Below are positions 61,049-64,000 of a stretch of 64,000 bases of DNA, piece by piece; the stretch's first letter is position 1; each line of letters begins with the position of its first letter. Both the position numbers and the translations under genes were made by a program. The stretch is from Dehalococcoidia bacterium. Its GTDB lineage: Bacteria; Chloroflexota; Dehalococcoidia; DSTF01; JACRBR01. The stretch covers positions 157,647 through 221,646 of the forward strand of contig JAKFYB010000018.1 of assembly GCA_021731085.1 (NCBI GenBank). Direction: 5' to 3'. The notes beneath the pieces were generated by a model. It ran no database searches and was not told the DNA's origin. It saw nothing but the letters and a program-made list of their open reading frames with translations.

Positions 61049-61594
61049 GTGTCACGAATCGGTAAGTTGCCAATACCCGTCGCCAAGGGCGTTGACGTCG
61101 CCGTCGAAGGGACCACCGTCAAGGTGAAGGGCCCCAAAGGCGAACTCATCCGCACGTTCCCTGATGGTGTCTCCTTCAATCAGGAAGACGGCAAGATCAT
61201 GGTTCTTCGCCCCAACGACGAGAAGCAGTCGCGCGCCAACCATGGCCTGTCGCGTTCACTTCTCGCCAACATGGTCGTCGGCGTTAGTGACGGCTTCACG
61301 AAGACGCTCGAACTCCAGGGAGTTGGCTATCGCGCAACGCAGGCCGGCGCGAACGTCACTCTCGCCGTAGGCTACTCGCACCCGGTCGACATCACACCGC
61401 CCGATGGCATTCAGCTCGAAGTCGAAGGCACGTCGCGCGTACACGTCCGCGGCATCGACAAGGAGCTCGTGGGACAGGTCGCCGCGAACATCCGCAAGGT
61501 CAGGAAGCCAGAGCCATACAAGGGCAAGGGCATCCGCTATCTCGGCGAAAATGTCCGCCGTAAGGCCGGTAAAGCCGGCAAGGCAGGTAAGTAA
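61049..61594 (+). CDS. rplF: 50S ribosomal protein L6.
   Basis: Conserved L6 sequence. Confidence 0.95.
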   Translation: MSRIGKLPIPVAKGVDVAVEGTTVKVKGPKGELIRTFPDGVSFNQEDGKIMVLRPNDEKQSRANHGLSRSLLANMVVGVSDGFTKTLELQGVGYRATQAGANVTLAVGYSHPVDITPPDGIQLEVEGTSRVHVRGIDKELVGQVAANIRKVRKPEPYKGKGIRYLGENVRRKAGKAGKAGK

Positions 61595-61956
61595 TGAAGG
61601 GCAACGATACGGCACGTGCGGCGCGAGTCCGCCGCCACACTCGCGTACGCAAGAAGGTCGCCGGAACGCCGGAGCGCCCACGTCTCGCTGTCTTCCGCAG
61701 CCTGTCGCACATCTACGCGCAGGTGATCGACGACGAGAAGGGACACACGGTCGCCGCTGCCTCGTCTCTCGACAAGACAATCAAGGGCGGTACGGGCAAT
61801 AAGAGCGCCAGCGCAAAAGCCGTCGGCACAGCAGTCGCCCAGAAGGCGAAGGATGCCGGCGTCACGCAGGTCGTCTTCGACCGCGGCGGAAACAGGTACC
61901 ATGGGCGCGTAAAGGCGCTCGCAGATGCGGCCCGCGAGGCCGGACTCGAGTTCTAG
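61594..61956 (+). CDS. rplR: 50S ribosomal protein L18.
   Basis: Conserved L18 sequence. Confidence 0.95.
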   Translation: MKGNDTARAARVRRHTRVRKKVAGTPERPRLAVFRSLSHIYAQVIDDEKGHTVAAASSLDKTIKGGTGNKSASAKAVGTAVAQKAKDAGVTQVVFDRGGNRYHGRVKALADAAREAGLEF

Positions 61957-61965
61957 GACTAAACA

Positions 61966-62487
61966 ATGGCCATCGACCCGAAGGACAAGATAGAAGCGCG
62001 CGACCTCGACCTGCAGGAGAAGGTGGTCTTCATCAACCGCGTCTCCAAGGTGGGAAAGGGTGGCCGTCGCTTCAGCTTTAGCGCGGTAGTCGTCGTCGGC
62101 GATGGCAACGGTCACGTCGGCGCTGGCATGGGCAAGGCCAACGAGGTTCCGGAGGCCATCCGGAAGGGCTCAGCGTCCGCCCGCAAAAACCTCATCCGCG
62201 TCCCCATGGACAAGAACACGATCTCCCACCCGACGATTGCGCACTTCGGTGCAGCGCGCGTCATGCTCAAGCCAGCCTCGCCCGGAACCGGCGTGATCGC
62301 CGGCGGTGGCGTGCGTGCGGTCATGGAAGCGGCAGGCATCAAGGACGTCCTCACGAAGTCGCTCGGCTCGTCCAACCCGCTCAACGTCGTGCGCGCAACG
62401 ATGCAGGGCCTCAGCGAACTCAAGGATCCCAAGGCCGTGACCGCTCGCCGCAAGGCGCTTGCCGCACGCCAGGCGGCGGAGGGCTAG
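61966..62487 (+). CDS. rpsE: 30S ribosomal protein S5.
   Basis: Conserved S5 sequence. Confidence 0.95.
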   Translation: MAIDPKDKIEARDLDLQEKVVFINRVSKVGKGGRRFSFSAVVVVGDGNGHVGAGMGKANEVPEAIRKGSASARKNLIRVPMDKNTISHPTIAHFGAARVMLKPASPGTGVIAGGGVRAVMEAAGIKDVLTKSLGSSNPLNVVRATMQGLSELKDPKAVTARRKALAARQAAEG

Positions 62488-62488
62488 C

Positions 62489-62671
62489 ATGTCAACAATC
62501 AAGATCACTTGGGAGCGCAGCGGCATCAATCAGAAGGAAGACCAGAAGCGCACGATTCGCGCGCTCGGCCTCCGCAAACTCGGCCAGACAGTCGAACACG
62601 ACGACAATCGCACAATCCGCGGCATGGTGCTGAAGGTTCAGCACCTCGTCGTCGTGCAAGAGGAAGCCTGA
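62489..62671 (+). CDS. rpmD: 50S ribosomal protein L30.
   Basis: Conserved L30 sequence from MSTIKITWERSG (the ORF is open from 62459). Confidence 0.9.
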   Translation: MSTIKITWERSGINQKEDQKRTIRALGLRKLGQTVEHDDNRTIRGMVLKVQHLVVVQEEA

Positions 62672-62672
62672 C

Positions 62673-63284
62673 ATGCAACAGCACGAACTGCGGCAGCCGG
62701 AAGGCGCCACACACAAGCGAAAGCGCATCGGTCGCGGTAACGCCTCCGGTCATGGCACCTACTCCACAAAAGGCATGAAGGGCCAGAAGGCTCGTGCTGG
62801 CGGTGGTGTCCGCCCCAGCTTCGAGGGTGGTCAGCTTCCGTTCGTCCGCCGCATGGCGTATAAGCGTGGCTTCTTCAACCCGTTCCGCGTCGACTACGAA
62901 GAAGTCAACGTCGCCGACCTCGCGCGCTTCCCCGCGGGCGATGTCAGCATCGACATGCTGCGAGAAGTGCGCCTCGTCCGCACCAAGCGCCCGGTGAAAA
63001 TTCTCGGCGAAGGTGATCTCTCCGTCGCTCTCAACGTAACCGCAGACCGCTTCTCGAAGTCCGCGCGCGCGAAGATCGAAGCCGCCGGTGGCAGCGTCAT
63101 CTGGATCGGCGGCGAGCCCGTCGCCCCCGATGACGAAGAGCCGAAGGGTAAGAAGGCCATCCGCAAGGCCGCTGCCCGCGCCGGAGTACGAACACCCGCC
63201 GCAGGCAAGACTGCCGCCGTAGAAGCCGACGCCGAATCGGAGCCCGCGGCCGCGCCCGACAAAGAAGCCGGAGATGAGGCCTAA
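62673..63284 (+). CDS. rplO: 50S ribosomal protein L15, with a ~55-aa Ala/Glu/Lys-rich C-terminal extension.
   Basis: Conserved L15 core. 203 aa versus about 145 typical. Confidence 0.93.
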   Translation: MQQHELRQPEGATHKRKRIGRGNASGHGTYSTKGMKGQKARAGGGVRPSFEGGQLPFVRRMAYKRGFFNPFRVDYEEVNVADLARFPAGDVSIDMLREVRLVRTKRPVKILGEGDLSVALNVTADRFSKSARAKIEAAGGSVIWIGGEPVAPDDEEPKGKKAIRKAAARAGVRTPAAGKTAAVEADAESEPAAAPDKEAGDEA

Positions 63285-63287
63285 GCG

Positions 63288-64000
63288 ATGACCATCGCCG
63301 CCAGCCGCCAGCAATCCAACAATCGCCCGCGTCTCCTGCAGGCCGTCATCGACGCCATGCAGCAGCCGGACATCCGTCGCAAGCTACTCTTCACAGCAGC
63401 GATGCTCGTCGTCTTTCGCTTCGTCGCCCACATCCCGATTCCTGGCGTCGACCCCAACGCCGTTGAAGAGGCGATCGACCAGAGCAGTCTGCTCGGATTC
63501 TTCAACCTCTTTAGCGGCGGCGCCCTTCGTCAGATGTCCGTCGCAATGCTCGGCGTCTATCCGTACATCACAGCGTCCATCATCATGCAGCTCGTCACGC
63601 CGCTCTTCCCGAACCTCGCCGCGCTCCAGAAGGAAGGCGAGTCGGGCCGGAATCGGCTGACCCTCTACCAGCACTGGATGACCATCCCGCTGTGCTTTGT
63701 GCAGGGCTATGCGCAGCTCGTCATTCTCAACACGCAGGTCGATCAGGTGAATCCGGGCGCGATGTTCAACCCGTCGTTCACCGGCCCCGACGCGCTCGTC
63801 ACCGTCGCGGCGCTGTTCGCGATGACCGCTGGCACGATGTTCCTCGTCTGGATCGGCGAGCTCATCACCGAGAACGGCATCGGCAACGGAGTCTCGATCA
63901 TCATCTTCGGCGGCATCGTCGCCGGCATGCCAAACCTGATTAGCCAGGTGTTCAACTCAGACACGGGCTTCTTGCTGGTGACGCTGATGGCTGTTCTCGC
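63288..64000 (+). CDS. secY: Preprotein translocase subunit SecY (5' part; continues past the window end).
   Basis: Open frame to the window edge. Conserved SecY N-terminus (GIFNLFSGGAL, YITASIIMQL). Confidence 0.9.
   Translation, partial: MTIAASRQQSNNRPRLLQAVIDAMQQPDIRRKLLFTAAMLVVFRFVAHIPIPGVDPNAVEEAIDQSSLLGFFNLFSGGALRQMSVAMLGVYPYITASIIMQLVTPLFPNLAALQKEGESGRNRLTLYQHWMTIPLCFVQGYAQLVILNTQVDQVNPGAMFNPSFTGPDALVTVAALFAMTAGTMFLVWIGELITENGIGNGVSIIIFGGIVAGMPNLISQVFNSDTGFLLVTLMAVL

Overview
This is a high-GC (~67%) bacterial chromosomal window with Gram-positive-type features: a zinc-type S14, gatCA, and a dnaX-ybaB-recR cluster. Chloroflexi/Thermomicrobia or an actinobacterium is plausible, but that assignment is not certain.

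Layout from left to right:
- (i) The right end of an integrative element: a partial hypothetical gene, a small int-coupled ORF and a tyrosine integrase, inserted at the 3' end of tRNA-Cys(GCA). tRNA-Leu(GAG) lies next to it.
- (ii) Housekeeping genes: a secreted lipoprotein, class A PBP, SAM methyltransferase, gatC-gatA, two tandem COG4315-type lipoproteins, an aminotransferase and a 7Fe ferredoxin.
- (iii) A tightly packed complex I operon, nuoA-C-D-H-J-K-(63-aa ORF)-L-M-N. It lacks nuoB, E, F, G and I.
- (iv) ybeY and msrA, then a minus-strand block: APH-like kinase, trmO, recR, ybaB, dnaX, a 7TM HD-GYP protein and a flotillin with internal repeats.
- (v) Archaeal-type two-subunit ADP-forming acetyl-CoA synthetase, comEC, rph, HIT, DUF1015, GT2, argG, an esterase lipoprotein, mgtE and holA.
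- (vi) An orphan OppD-type ABC ATPase, lexA and a divergent PH-like gene.
- (vii) The str, S10 and spc ribosomal-protein clusters, rpsL through a 5' partial secY. tuf is absent between fusA and rpsJ, and several r-proteins carry C-terminal extensions.

Two families of small palindromic REP-like repeats and a heptanucleotide microsatellite are scattered through intergenic spacers. No CRISPR array, rRNA or obvious defence-gene island was seen. The most unusual points are the Fe-S-less nuo operon with an inserted small ORF, a short strongly-SD peptide gene, and the repeat families inside the ribosomal operons.
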